Positions 1 to 10,777 are shown, counted from the stretch's first letter. The stretch: 64,000 nucleotides of DNA from an uncultured Chthonomonadaceae bacterium (GCA_963817895.1 CAWFQB010000004.1:160001-224000); one strand, 5' to 3'. Notes: a model not told the origin generated them from the letters alone. Program-made: numbers and translations.

Positions 1-2064
1 CGTATCGAGCAGACCTGCGCCAAAAAGGGCGAAACCGAAACCAACATCAAAACGGGGTGGGGCGGCATCCGCGATATTGAATTTATCGTACAACTGCTGC
101 AATTAGAGTTCGGGGCTACGCATCCGCGTTTGCGAACTCCCAATACGCTTACAGCCCTGCGTCGCCTGAACGAAGCCAACTTTTTGACGGATAAGCAGAC
201 CGAAGACCTGGAGGATGATTACCGGTGGCTGCGAACGCTGGAACACCGGCTTCAACTGCTGCACAACTTTCAAACGCAAACTCTGCCGCCCGAATCCAAA
301 CCACAGGAGCGCGAGTCTTTAGCCCGTCGTATGGGCTTTGCCGATCTTGAAAATTTTGAGGCGGAACTGAAAACTCGCCGGACGCGCGTTCGTAACTATC
401 TGGACACGCTGTTTTACGATCAGGAACGCCGCTTTTTCCCCGCAATGCCCGCTGCTGTTGATCCCCTCTGGAAGGATGTTTCCATACTCCTTGCCGATCT
501 GGAAGGGGAAGAAGGGCAAATACAACTGCGCGAGAAATTGACGCAGGCCAGTTTTCGGGATGCATCCAACGCCCTGCGCCTGCTGGAACTCATGCGCCAC
601 AGTCAAGAGTTTCAGGACGCGCCGCCGGTTGTTTCCGAACGGTTCCTGAATCTCGCGCACTCTCTGCTGGACACGATTGCGCATAGTCCCGACCCTGACG
701 CGGCTCTGGCGGGCATCGAAGCGCTTGCCGTGCCATATCGCGACCCGCTGTACATGCTGTTCGAGGGCCGTCCCGATATTATGTGGCGGCTTGTCCGGCT
801 TGCCTGCGTCCCCGTCCTTATCAATAGCCTCGCGAAACATCAGGAGTGGCTGTACCCTCTGCTCAACGAGGATGAAGCGGTTCCCGAAGCCCTGCGCGAA
901 CCGGGCGAAGATACGGAAAACAGCGAAACTCTTTCCGCCCGCTATGTGCAGGAGTTGTCCGGTCGTATCGGCAAACTGCGCAATCGGGACGCGCAATGGA
1001 AGATGATCGCCCTGTTTTATCAGCGGGAACGGCTGCGTATCGGGGCGCGGGACGTATGGGATGAGGCCGATGTTGCCGACGTGATGAAACGCCTGACCCG
1101 ATTGGCCGAGTCCACGCTGCATATTCTGCTGACGCTATGCGCCCAATCGCGGGCTGAAGCGCATCCTCGCCCCGAATGGGCGCAAACCGTCCTGAACCGG
1201 GTTGCCATAGTCGGGCTTGGACGATTGGGCGGGGCGGAACTCAATTACAGCAGCGATTGGGACATGCTGTTCGTGTATGACGTGGAACGCCCGCGCGATG
1301 ACGAATCGCGCGGCGAACGGAACGCCCTTGCCGCCGGGTTAGCGCAGGACGTACTCGCCGCCATTGACGCGCTGAACCTGCGGGGCGCGAATATCGAGGT
1401 AGATTTGCGCTTGCGCCCGTGGGGAAGCAAAGGCAATCTGATTTATACCACGCGCGGCTATCTGGATTATTTCAAAAATCACGCCGAAACATGGGAGCGG
1501 CAGGCGGTGTTGAAATCGCGTTATGTGGCAGGCAATCCAACCGTAGGCAGGCGATTGGAGCGCGTGTTGCGGGCCGTCAGCGCGGGCAGAGGCGTAACGC
1601 CCGAAGAGGAATCTGCCATCCACGCCATGAAAACCCGCATCGAAACGGAACGCTTAAAACCACAGGAACGCGAAACCGATTTGAAACTCGGCAACGGCGG
1701 CCTGAGCGACATAGAATGGCTGGCGCAACGGCTGCAATTACGGCACGGCCCGCAGCACCCGAATGTTCGCGCAACCTCCACGCTACGCGCCCTTGACGCG
1801 CTGGAAACCCTTCACGCCCTCGACCGCTCGGAAGTCAACGTTCTCACATCCGCGTACCGCCTCCTGACGCGCGTTCGCAACGCCATGACCCTGCTTGCCG
1901 GAACCCCGACCAACGTATTCCCCGCCGACCCGCAGCGCAGGCGCGTCCTTGCCCGTTTGCTCGGCTACGAAGACCGCCTCGTCGTCCGCGCCGAACAGAT
2001 GCTGCAAGAGGACGTGCAGGCCGACATGCAGGAAGTCCGCCGCATCTTCAGCCGGAGATTTTGA
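1..2064 (+). CDS. glnE: Glutamine synthetase adenylyltransferase/adenylyl-removing enzyme, 5' end outside window
   Basis: Frame is open from base 1 (NIKTGWGGIRDIEFIVQLLQL). Second NT domain GLGRLGGAELNYSSDWD, then DLRLRPWG, WERQA and DLKLGNGGLSDIEW. Confidence 0.95.
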   Translation, partial: RIEQTCAKKGETETNIKTGWGGIRDIEFIVQLLQLEFGATHPRLRTPNTLTALRRLNEANFLTDKQTEDLEDDYRWLRTLEHRLQLLHNFQTQTLPPESKPQERESLARRMGFADLENFEAELKTRRTRVRNYLDTLFYDQERRFFPAMPAAVDPLWKDVSILLADLEGEEGQIQLREKLTQASFRDASNALRLLELMRHSQEFQDAPPVVSERFLNLAHSLLDTIAHSPDPDAALAGIEALAVPYRDPLYMLFEGRPDIMWRLVRLACVPVLINSLAKHQEWLYPLLNEDEAVPEALREPGEDTENSETLSARYVQELSGRIGKLRNRDAQWKMIALFYQRERLRIGARDVWDEADVADVMKRLTRLAESTLHILLTLCAQSRAEAHPRPEWAQTVLNRVAIVGLGRLGGAELNYSSDWDMLFVYDVERPRDDESRGERNALAAGLAQDVLAAIDALNLRGANIEVDLRLRPWGSKGNLIYTTRGYLDYFKNHAETWERQAVLKSRYVAGNPTVGRRLERVLRAVSAGRGVTPEEESAIHAMKTRIETERLKPQERETDLKLGNGGLSDIEWLAQRLQLRHGPQHPNVRATSTLRALDALETLHALDRSEVNVLTSAYRLLTRVRNAMTLLAGTPTNVFPADPQRRRVLARLLGYEDRLVVRAEQMLQEDVQADMQEVRRIFSRRF

Positions 2065-2069
2065 AATCC

Positions 2070-2334
2070 ACCACCCGCTGCGCTAGAGACACAGAGAGGG
2101 AACACAGAGAGAAGATACAAGATACGAGAGAAGAGAACGAACCGCAAAGGGGCAAAGGAACGCAAAGTGGAACCCACAAGCACAACAAGAGTTAATGACT
2201 GATTTCCAGAGGCTTCTGTATTCCTTTCTCTTTTCTGTTCTTTGCGTTCTTTGCCCCTTTGCGGTTCTCCTCTCTTTGTCTTTCTCGTATTGGCTTTTCC
2301 TCGGTGTCTCGGTGTCTCTAGCGCAGCGGGTGGT
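2070..2334. repeat. Nested inverted-repeat element
   Basis: Outer 23-bp perfect IR (2070-2092/2312-2334). Inner near-perfect 28-29-bp IR (gaaccgcaaaggggcaaag..., 2139-2167/2240-2267). Purine-rich left arm, pyrimidine-rich right arm. Confidence 0.9.
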
Positions 2335-2403
2335 AAATTCTTGTATAGCGGTTTGGCAGCGGAATGGGTATACTTTGGACATATTGCGGGGGCAGGGGGA
2401 AGT

Positions 2404-3084
2404 ATGGCGCAGGCGGGCATCATCGGGTTATTGTTGGCGGGGAGTTACCTGCTCGGTTCCATACCGTTCGGGCTGTGGCTGGTCAAGAAGTGGAAGGGCG
2501 TGGACATCCGCGAGGTGGGCAGCGGCAACATCGGCTCTACCAATGTCGGGCGCGTAACCGGGCCGTTGGGGTACGCCATTGTCTTCGCGTTTGACGTGTG
2601 CAAAGGACTTGTGCCGCCCCTGGTCGCGCTGTACGCGTTGCATCTAAGCGCTGGTTGGCAGGTAGCAAGCGCGTTGTGCGCGATCATCGGGCATAACTAC
2701 TCCATATTTTTGGGCGGCAAGGGCGGCAAGGGGATCGCGACGAGTTTGGGCGCGTTGCTTGGCGTGATGCCCCTCGTAGGCATTGCCGCGCTGGGAATTT
2801 TCCTGCTGGAACTGCTGACGTTGCGCTGGGTATCGCTTGGTTCCATTCTCGCCGCGCTGTCGCTGCCGTTTCTCACCCTATGGCTGCATCCCGGCGACCC
2901 GTACCGACTGGCGTTCGCCTGCGCCGCCTGCGTCCTCGCCGTCTACAAGCACCGCGCCAACATCCAACGCCTGCGCGCGGGCATCGAACCTAAAGTCTGT
3001 ATGCCGTGGCAGAAACGCGCTGCTAACCCGCCTGTACTCACCCCTGAGATCGAAGCAGCCGCCATCAACACAAACGGGGACTAA
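2404..3084 (+). CDS. plsY: Glycerol-3-phosphate acyltransferase PlsY
   Basis: YLLGSIPFG, DIREVGSGNIGSTNVGR, GHNYSIFLGGKGGKGIAT and KHRANIQRL motifs; start reassigned to ATG 2404. Confidence 0.95.
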   Translation: MAQAGIIGLLLAGSYLLGSIPFGLWLVKKWKGVDIREVGSGNIGSTNVGRVTGPLGYAIVFAFDVCKGLVPPLVALYALHLSAGWQVASALCAIIGHNYSIFLGGKGGKGIATSLGALLGVMPLVGIAALGIFLLELLTLRWVSLGSILAALSLPFLTLWLHPGDPYRLAFACAACVLAVYKHRANIQRLRAGIEPKVCMPWQKRAANPPVLTPEIEAAAINTNGD

Positions 3085-3098
3085 AATTAAGAAGCACC

Positions 3099-5757
3099 AT
3101 GGAAAATACAGCCCCATTCGAAAATTCTAAATCGAAAATCGAAAATCCTTATGTTGACTCGCTGTGGGAAGAGTATGCCGAGATTGATATTGCGGATGTT
3201 GTGGTAGATATTGACGCGCCGGATTTGCAGGATTCGTACTCGTACCGCGTTCCTGAAATTTTGCAAAATACGCTTGTCGCAGGCGCGTGTGTGCATATCC
3301 CGTTTGCGGGGCGGGAGACTTTGGGCTACGTGCTGGCGCGGCGCAAACTGCCCTCCAACGATCCGCTGTGCGGCAAACTGAAAAGCATTATCGGGATTGT
3401 GGAAGACGCCATAACCATCAATTCCGAACAACTGCACATCATTCAGTGGATGAGTCAGCGGTATGTGTGCGATCTGCTGGACGCGCTGCGCTGTGTCGCG
3501 CCCGCGAATTTAGGCGCGCGGGTGGCGACGGTTGCGCGGCTGGCGGATACAAGTTACCGGGGCGTAGATGTAGGCGCGTCCATTCCGCAGGCGCATGTTC
3601 TGGAAACGTTGCGGGCATTGGATGGCGAGGCGGAGGTGGACGCCCTGCGCGAAGCCGCGCATCTGCCCAACTTTGCGGGCGCGTATGCCGCCCTGCTGAA
3701 AAAAGGATTGCTGATCGAATCCCGCACCATTGTTCGCGCCAAAACAGTGGGCAAAATGCGTCGGGCGTACACACTGGGCGCGGCGGCAGTCGCGCTGACA
3801 CAGGGCGGGAGCGTGGGCAACCGCAGCCCGCAGCAGCAGCGCATCCTCAACGAACTGGTACAACGCGCCCGCCACAATGAAGGCCCCATTCCCGGCGATG
3901 AACTGGTACGGGTCAGTCAGGCGTCTGCCCGCGTCCCTGCGCGGACTGGTGGACAAGGGACTGGTGCAGGCGCATGAGATCATGGTGCGCCGCGCGCCCG
4001 TATCCGCGTCCGGCGAACGCACGGTCGCGCCCGTTCTCACGCCCGGACAGCAGAACGCGACGGACAAATTACGCGCCTGTCTGGAAAGCGGCGAAACGCA
4101 AACCGTTCTGCTGTTCGGCGTCACGGCAAGCGGCAAAACTGAAGTGTATCTCAATGCCATTGCGCACACGCTGGAACAGGGCCGTAGCGCGATTGTGCTT
4201 GTGCCGGAAATCGCGCTGACCGCGCAGATCGTGGATACGTTTGTCGGAAGGTTCGGCGAACAGGTGGCCGTTCTCCATTCCAAATTATCCGAAGGCGAGC
4301 GGCACGACGAGTGGAGGCGGATGCAGGCGGGCAAGGCGCGTATCGTGGTCGGCGCGCGTTCCGCCATTTTCGCGCCTGTGCAAAATGTCGGTCTGATCGT
4401 GATGGATGAGGAACACGAGGCGTCCTACAAGCAGGAGAACACCCCCCGTTATAACGCCAAAGACCTCGCCATGGAACGCGCCCGCCTGAGCCGCGCCACG
4501 CTTGTTCTTGGCAGCGCGACGCCTTCGTTGGAGAGTTACTTTGCGGCTACGCCACAGGGAGTAGGGAGTAGGGAGTGGGGAGTAGGAAAAACCAGCGCGC
4601 GTATCGAAGAGCCGCGAGACTCGTATGCAGCGAAAAACCATCATAAAGCGAACTCCTACTCCCCACTCCCTACTCCCTACTCCCTTATCACCATGCCTGA
4701 CCGCATAGACAACCGCCCCCTGCCCCGCGTGGAGGTGGTGGATTTGCGCGAAGAGTTTAAGAAGCAGAAGACGTTGTTTTCCGAGCGGCTGGTTGCGGCG
4801 ATGATGGAGCGATTAAAAAAGAAGCAGCAGACCATTCTGTTTTTGAACCGACGCGGCTACGCGCAATTCGTGCTGTGCCGGGACTGCGGCTGGACGGCGA
4901 AGTGTCCGAATTGCGCCGTGTCGCTGGCGTACCACAACTATGAGCGTTCGTTGAAGTGTCACCATTGCGATTACAACGGGCGCGTACCCCTGAAATGCCC
5001 GGACTGCGGCGGCATGAAGGTGAAAGCGTTCGGCATCGGCACGGAAAAGGTCGAGGAAGAGGTTTTGCGCGTGTTTCCCACCGCCCGCGTCGCCCGCATG
5101 GATCGGGATACCACTTCGCAAAAGGGGGCGCATACCCGGATTATGCGGGCATTTCGGCAGGGCAACTCGGACATTCTTATCGGGACGCAGATGGTGGCGA
5201 AAGGGCTTGATTTCCCCAACGTTACGCTCGTCGGCGTTATCAGCGCGGACACGGCCATCAACATGCCGGACTTCCGGGCAGCCGAACGCACGTTTCAATT
5301 GCTGACGCAGGTGGCGGGGCGCGCGGGGCGGGGCAACACGCCCGGTGAAGTGATTATACAAACGTTCAGCCCCGACCACTACGCGGTGCAGGCGGCCATT
5401 CAGCACGACTACCCCCGCTTTTACAAGCAGGAGATTCTATTTCGGCAGGAATTGAAGTATCCGCCGTACAGCCGTTTCGTCAACCTGATTTGCGCCGATG
5501 AGATCGAAGCCAAAGCGCAGGCGCGTTCTAACGCCCTCGTTGTCGCGCTCGAACGCCTCAACCCGCCGGATGTGGAGATCATCGGGCCAAGCCCCGCGCC
5601 GCTCGCCCGCCTGAAAAACCAGTACCGCTTCCACGTCGCCCTGCGCGCTCCGGTAGACTATCCGCTTTCCGAACTGGTGCGCTCCGCCATTGCCTGCCTT
5701 ACTCCGTCTGACCGCCTGGGCTTGTACGTGGACATTGATCCTTTGAGCATGGCGTAG
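3099..5757 (+). CDS. priA: Primosomal protein N' (frameshift near 3930; in-frame palindromic insertion 4556-4685)
   Basis: GVTASGKTEVY, LVPEIALT, DEEH, LNRRGY, four CxxC pairs, GTQMVAKGLDFP and QVAGRAGR, spread over two overlapping ORFs. Confidence 0.93.
4556..4685. repeat. Inverted heptamer repeat (AGGGAGT)n/(ACTCCCT)n inside priA
   Basis: 32-bp perfect IR 4556-4587/4654-4685, translated in frame as GVGSREWGVG...SYSPLPTPYSL. Confidence 0.92.
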
Positions 5758-5765
5758 ACAAATAA

Positions 5766-5829
5766 CCCTCAACCCGGGCGTCCACAAGTGGACATACCCC
5801 TTCTCCCAAAAAAGCCTGGGAGAAGGGGA
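5766..5829. repeat. REP-like hairpin (CCCTTCTCCC...GGGAGAAGGG family) between convergent genes
   Basis: ccccttctcccaaaaaagcctgggagaagggg; near-identical copy at about 58681-58727. Confidence 0.75.
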
Positions 5830-5831
5830 AT

Positions 5832-6594
5832 TTATTTTACAGGGGGAACAGGGCTGAAGGTGAAGGCGCGTATCACAATCTCTACTTCTTTGTTATCAGT
5901 AGGAGGCTGACCGCGAAACAGCCACAGATTTAGGTGAATGGGTAGGGGCTGCTGCGGAATCAGGCGAGTCTCGTCAGGCGTGTATTCCCAATGGCTGATC
6001 TCCTTTGTTTTGTCGTCCGTTTCGCCGCGAAATGAGCGAAAGGAGATTTGCTTGCTTTGCCACAGGAATTGATGCGTAGTGAGGTCGCCGCTGCCTGCCA
6101 GTCCGAACACGGCATGGTTATCGGGCGGACGCGCACCCGATGCCTGCCAGACGGTGAAATTGCCGACAGGAGCCAGCGCGTCGCCCCAGCGCGCGAACTC
6201 AATATCAATCTCGTTTGTGCCATCCTTCCCGACATCCGAGGTCGGATAATTGAACAGTCCCAAAACCGTATTGCGGTCAAATTGATCCAGACGCCCGGAC
6301 ACTTGAAACTGGTAGCGTCCAAAGCCGAAGCGTTGCCGCGAACGTCAGTTCCGCGCACCGCCATTCGCCCGACACATGGGAGATTTTCAGGTGCAGCCAG
6401 CCGCGCGCATCCACCCACACATTACTCGCGTCCCAATGGTTCGGCCCCGGCCCGCCCAATCCCATTCCCCGAACGTCCCACGTATAGCCGGAGAATTGCA
6501 ATCCCGCAGCCTTGCTCTGTTGGGCATAGCTGACACTGACAAGATTTAACAGGGCAGTCAATGTCAACAGAACTGCCGCAAGATTTACTCTCAA
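5832..6594 (-). CDS. Secreted glycoside hydrolase family 16-like protein (frameshift near 6345)
   Basis: TTG start with AAGGAG RBS, signal peptide, FSGYTW...NVWVDARGWLHL, and catalytic EIDIE(FARWG). Confidence 0.7.
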
Positions 6595-6723
6595 TTGAAT
6601 TCTCTCCTTCGGAACGGCGAAATTAATCGTCGAGTGTTCCAATGCAGTCACAAATACAAAGCGCCCGTTCAAAATTCCTGCTATTGAAGGTACATTTAAC
6701 ATAAAGGATAAAGAGGAGGACAC

Positions 6724-7611
6724 ATGAACGCTTACGTTGAGGCAATTTTAACGAAGTATCTGCCGCAAATCATCAACGGGGATGCCGTTGCGGTTCCTGA
6801 TGATCCCGAAGAGATGAACTGGCGGCTGTTCTTTGCGCATAGTCAGGATATGCAGGGGTTTCGCGCCGATGTCTTTACAGGTGGATTGAATGAGGGCAAG
6901 CATCCCAGAGACTCATCATTCGTTGGTTTGCGGCCCCGGTGGGGCAAAGACAGTGTTTCGCTTATGCGCGATTTAGCCAGTCTTTGGGAGGATAGCGTGA
7001 CACGCGCCGCGTTGATGAAGAACAGTTCTCTTATGCGTTCGGAAGGGCAAAAACCAGAAGATGTAAGACCGGGAATTTCACTGCTGAGAAACAGCGGGAT
7101 TAGTGGCGCTCTTGTTTTTGCAGACACTCTGGAGACATTTCATGGCGAATGGGTAGCGCGAAAAACAAATGCCATGATACGCGCCTACATCCAAAACGCG
7201 CATCTGCTTGCGCCACAAGGATATAGTTTCCGCGCCTACTTGCAGAGCCTGTTGCCTGCTGGAGAATTTCCTCCTGCCAATGTCGAGCAAGCCGAGAAAA
7301 TATGGATAGCGCGTATACAGCAGGACTTTTATAACGTCGGCCCTGCGCTTTCACGCTATCTTATCTGTGATTGGCTGTTCTGGCTCTGGCGCGAAGAGCG
7401 AATTGAGTGGTTTACGGCCTATAAGCCGGACAGCGTACACACGCGCATTGTTGCCGAAGGCCGCTTACCCAAACAAGCTGAAGCGGACTTTGTTGGCTAC
7501 TGCAAAACGTTATTGATTCCAGAAGGGTTTGGAATATTGAGCGGCAAGCCATGCCCACCGCGCATTTTGAACGAATGTATCTGGCTGCGCGAAAACCGTT
7601 CCAGTCATTAA
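6724..7611 (+). CDS. Hypothetical protein, possibly distant HhH-GPD-like fold
   Basis: 295 aa ORF with GAGGAGG RBS; NVGPALSRYL...KPDSVH resembles the helix-hairpin-helix plus KPDxH pattern. Confidence 0.55.
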   Translation: MNAYVEAILTKYLPQIINGDAVAVPDDPEEMNWRLFFAHSQDMQGFRADVFTGGLNEGKHPRDSSFVGLRPRWGKDSVSLMRDLASLWEDSVTRAALMKNSSLMRSEGQKPEDVRPGISLLRNSGISGALVFADTLETFHGEWVARKTNAMIRAYIQNAHLLAPQGYSFRAYLQSLLPAGEFPPANVEQAEKIWIARIQQDFYNVGPALSRYLICDWLFWLWREERIEWFTAYKPDSVHTRIVAEGRLPKQAEADFVGYCKTLLIPEGFGILSGKPCPPRILNECIWLRENRSSH

Positions 7612-7692
7612 TTTCGCTAGACAGTAATACTCATAATGGGGTTGTGAGCGTTGAAGTACAAGCCGCCATAATTGTGTTGGAATGTCGCTCAT
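7612..7692 (-). pseudogene. N-terminal remnant of HNH endonuclease
   Basis: MSDIPTQLWRLVLQRSQPHYEYYC resembles the MS.I...LR..V..RA...CEYC start of small HNH proteins; ATGA-coupled to the upstream gene, then runs into the opposing gene. Confidence 0.45.
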
Positions 7693-7919
7693 GGCTGTTG
7701 CGTGTTCTCTGAAATATGACGCTGTGTTCGCAGTTTCAGCAGTGATAGCCATTCCGCCATGTCCACAAGCCCTTCCGCTTCTTCCTGTTCTGCAGACGTT
7801 ATAGATTGACCCTGATCTTGTTTATCCAGCAAGTCTTGAAGGCGGCGTTGTACGCCCTGTGGCAAATGAAAGTCATTAAAGTCATCGGGCATTTCGACAG
7901 TGACAGTGGATGATGACAT
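7689..7919 (-). CDS. Small hypothetical protein (antitoxin-like partner of HNH)
   Basis: 76 aa MSSSTVTVEMP...QRRLQDLLDKQDQG...EAEGLVDMAEWLSLLKLR. Confidence 0.6.
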   Translation of the reverse strand: MSSSTVTVEMPDDFNDFHLPQGVQRRLQDLLDKQDQGQSITSAEQEEAEGLVDMAEWLSLLKLRTQRHISENTQQP

Positions 7920-7920
7920 G

Positions 7921-8780
7921 TTATTCTGCTTCCTCATCAGGTTCAGCCGTGTAGGATCTGCGATTGTCGAACAGGGCCAATTGCTGTACGATGCCGTCGT
8001 CGCCTTTGAGGTAGGTTCGGGGCGGTTCCTGATTGTCGTCCAATCCGCCCATTTTGTTGACCGCTTCGGCAATGCGCGGGACGCAGTACGTTTCCATCTC
8101 CTCGCGGATTTGCGCGGTGATAAAGCGCATGACCTGCCATCCCTGCGCGGCAAGGGCATTGTTGCGACGATTATCTTCCGGCGCGCGTTCGGTATTGATG
8201 TGCCAGAAGTCGCCGTCCGTTTCGAGATCAATCTTGCCGTCCGCGCAAAACAGGGCAAAATCCAGTTTGTACTTGCCGTCCACGACCTGAATGTCGTGCT
8301 GCCGCTCGGCGCGCATGTTAAGGCGTTTGAGTTGTTCCCATAGTTCATTTTCCAACGGGCTGTCGTCCCACAAGTCGTTGATTTCGTCTGCGGACAGCAG
8401 TTTGGAGTAGGTAGTGGGAATGAACACGATACGGCGCAGGCGCAGGCTGACATCGGAGCGGGCAGAGCATCCAGACGGTGCAGAAAGATTTGATAGTACA
8501 GTTTCTCTGATTTGGCGTTGGGAAACTCTTCAGGGAACAACTCCCGTCGCGGCACGCGGCGAATCATGCGCACCCTGCCGTGCCAGCGAACGGAATATGC
8601 CTCGTCCTTAAAGATTTTTGTCTGGTAGAAGGCGAGCCATTGCGGAGGCCAGCGGCGGGGCGCTTTATCCACCGGGATACGATACCAGAGTTGTTCCTGC
8701 ACCCGCCGCCAGTCGGTTGGGGCCCTCATAATGGCGACAAGGGCTTCGCCCCGTTTGGTTGTAGATTTGCCCACAAGCAC
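7921..8780 (-). CDS. DUF559/Vsr-like endonuclease domain protein (frameshift near 8450)
   Basis: N-terminal WYRIP/AFYQTK domain; C-terminal SPLENELW, YKLDFA, ETDGDFWH, DNRRNNALAAQGWQVMRF. Confidence 0.8.
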
Positions 8781-8906
8781 ATCCTTCCGCTTTTTCAGTA
8801 GCGCAGGCAGTAGAAATCTGCGAGAAACGTAGATTTCAATTCCTGCCGCCCCGCGTTTTTTCCTGCATGAAGCAGCGGCAATTTATCGGAAAGGCGGAAC
8901 CGGAGT

Positions 8907-9365
8907 ATGATTGGAGAGTTTGCGGGCGAACATCGCTTTTTGTCCAACTTCTACAAGTCACCCATTGAATTTGAGGGTGACACGTACCCGACCGTAGAAC
9001 ATGCGTTTCAGGCGGCGAAAACGTCCGATGCGGAAGAACGCGCCACCATTCGCGCCAACGCCAACCCTGTTATCGCCAAACGAAAAGGGCGTCGCGTCAC
9101 CCTCCGCGCCGATTGGGAAACGGTGAAGCAGGACATTATGCGCGACCTGCTGCGCATAAAATTCGCAAATGAGGAACTGCGCGAACGCCTGCTGCAAACG
9201 GAAGATGAAGAATTGATGGAAGGCAACCGCTGGCACGACAAATACTGGGGCCGCTGTCTGTGCGCGAAATGCGACAACACAGGCCAAAACGTCCTCGGCG
9301 AATTGCTGATGCAGATGCGGCGCGAACTGATGGAAGAGGGGCAGAATAGGGCGTGTCGCAAATAG
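8907..9365 (+). CDS. NADAR (YbiA-like) family protein
   Basis: FLSNFY, YPTVEHAFQAAK, AKRKGR, LRIKF, LMEGNRWHDKYWG and GQNVLGELLM. Confidence 0.92.
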   Translation: MIGEFAGEHRFLSNFYKSPIEFEGDTYPTVEHAFQAAKTSDAEERATIRANANPVIAKRKGRRVTLRADWETVKQDIMRDLLRIKFANEELRERLLQTEDEELMEGNRWHDKYWGRCLCAKCDNTGQNVLGELLMQMRRELMEEGQNRACRK

Positions 9366-9445
9366 CAAGCCGACAAACAGGAAATTCGCGTTCCGACAGA
9401 GAATAGAACGGCAACTACCCTCTGTAATCTGTTGGAGCGCGATGT

Positions 9446-10549
9446 ATGAACCTGCAAACCGAACTGGAACGTGTGCGCGAGTACCTGACGAACGTTGATA
9501 AGCGTCCGACCAATGAAGCCAATACCTGCGGCAAAATTATCACACCACTACTGCTGCAATGCGGCTATCATCATGACGATATTCATGAGCAGGGACATGA
9601 TGCAGGAGGCAACATTCCCGATTACACCTTTCTGCCTAATACGCCACACACATGGTTTTTGGAAGCAAAGGCGTGGCAGTCAAATTTTACGGAAACGCAT
9701 GTGATACAGGCAACGGGCTACCCACACGCGCAAGGTAAACGTTGGGTCGTGCTTTCCAATGGGCGCGAATGGCGGTTGTACGACAACTATAACGTGCAGG
9801 TTCCGCCGCCAAACCGTCTGGTAGCAACTGCGCGATTGGGTCATGGTACGGAATTAGAAGACCTGCTTACCGCGTTGAGCAAAGAGGCCGTGCAAGGCGG
9901 CGGTTTAGAAAAGTTTGTGTTGCAAACGGTGCTGAGTACCACTCTGCAACAGGAACTTGCTTTATCAACAAGCGATGTCATCCTAGCCATCGTCAACGCT
10001 CTCAAAGTCAAAAGCAGCATATCCACTATTACGCCCGATGCTGTTGTATCCTATTTTCACGCTTTGCAAACTAATGCAACCGCGCTCCCACCACCTGTGC
10101 AGCCGTCAATCGTACCCGTTGCCACCCCTACTCAAGCAGTACCAGCTTCGCCTGCATCACCTGCTGATGTGCTGAATCTGCTGCAACTGGCGGCTGCAAG
10201 CGCAGCTATCAAAGGCAAGAAGCCACTGCTGGTCGCCTTTCCAGACGGGAGTAGTCGATCTGTATCAACTTGGCGTGACGTGACAACCGAAATAGTGTCT
10301 TGGCTGTTCCCAAGATGGAAAGCGCCTGTCATACCGTTTTATGGAAATAAGAGCAAGAAGTATTACTTCATAAATACGTCACCTGTGCATCCGACTAACA
10401 AGCCTATGCATAATCGAACAATCAATATTGACAGCAATGTGTACTATATTGATACAGGAAAATTCGTGCGAGATCAGCTACACTGTCTCTACGAGCTATG
10501 TAAAGAAGTAGGGGAAGCGCCGGAGGGGTTTCGGGTGACGTTGCAGTAG
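9446..10549 (+). CDS. Type I restriction HsdR N-terminal-like PD-(D/E)XK nuclease domain protein
   Basis: NEANT...IITPLL..GY, PDY...LEAK, VLSNGREWRLY; Pro/Ala linker and uncharacterised C-terminal domain; lower GC. Confidence 0.75.
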   Translation: MNLQTELERVREYLTNVDKRPTNEANTCGKIITPLLLQCGYHHDDIHEQGHDAGGNIPDYTFLPNTPHTWFLEAKAWQSNFTETHVIQATGYPHAQGKRWVVLSNGREWRLYDNYNVQVPPPNRLVATARLGHGTELEDLLTALSKEAVQGGGLEKFVLQTVLSTTLQQELALSTSDVILAIVNALKVKSSISTITPDAVVSYFHALQTNATALPPPVQPSIVPVATPTQAVPASPASPADVLNLLQLAAASAAIKGKKPLLVAFPDGSSRSVSTWRDVTTEIVSWLFPRWKAPVIPFYGNKSKKYYFINTSPVHPTNKPMHNRTINIDSNVYYIDTGKFVRDQLHCLYELCKEVGEAPEGFRVTLQ

Positions 10550-10567
10550 GGGCGCATTGACGGGGGG

Positions 10568-10777
10568 TTCTACCCTCATCCGGCCTCCGGCCACCTTCTC
10601 CCTGCAAGGGAGAAGGCTAAACTATTCAATGGACGCGTTGGTTACAGGTTTGTTTCAGACGTATGGCGTTCTTATGCCGTTCTAACGGCAAACCTGTTTT
10701 CTGTTCACCCGCCCATTGATCACACTGGCCTTCTCCCTTGCAGGGAGAAGGTGGCCGGAGGCCGGATGAGGGTAGAA
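10568..10777. repeat. REP doublet (REPIN-like) with 50-bp perfect inverted arms
   Basis: ttctaccctcatccggcctccggccaccttctccctgcaagggagaaggc at 10568-10617, exact reverse complement at 10728-10777. Confidence 0.92.
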
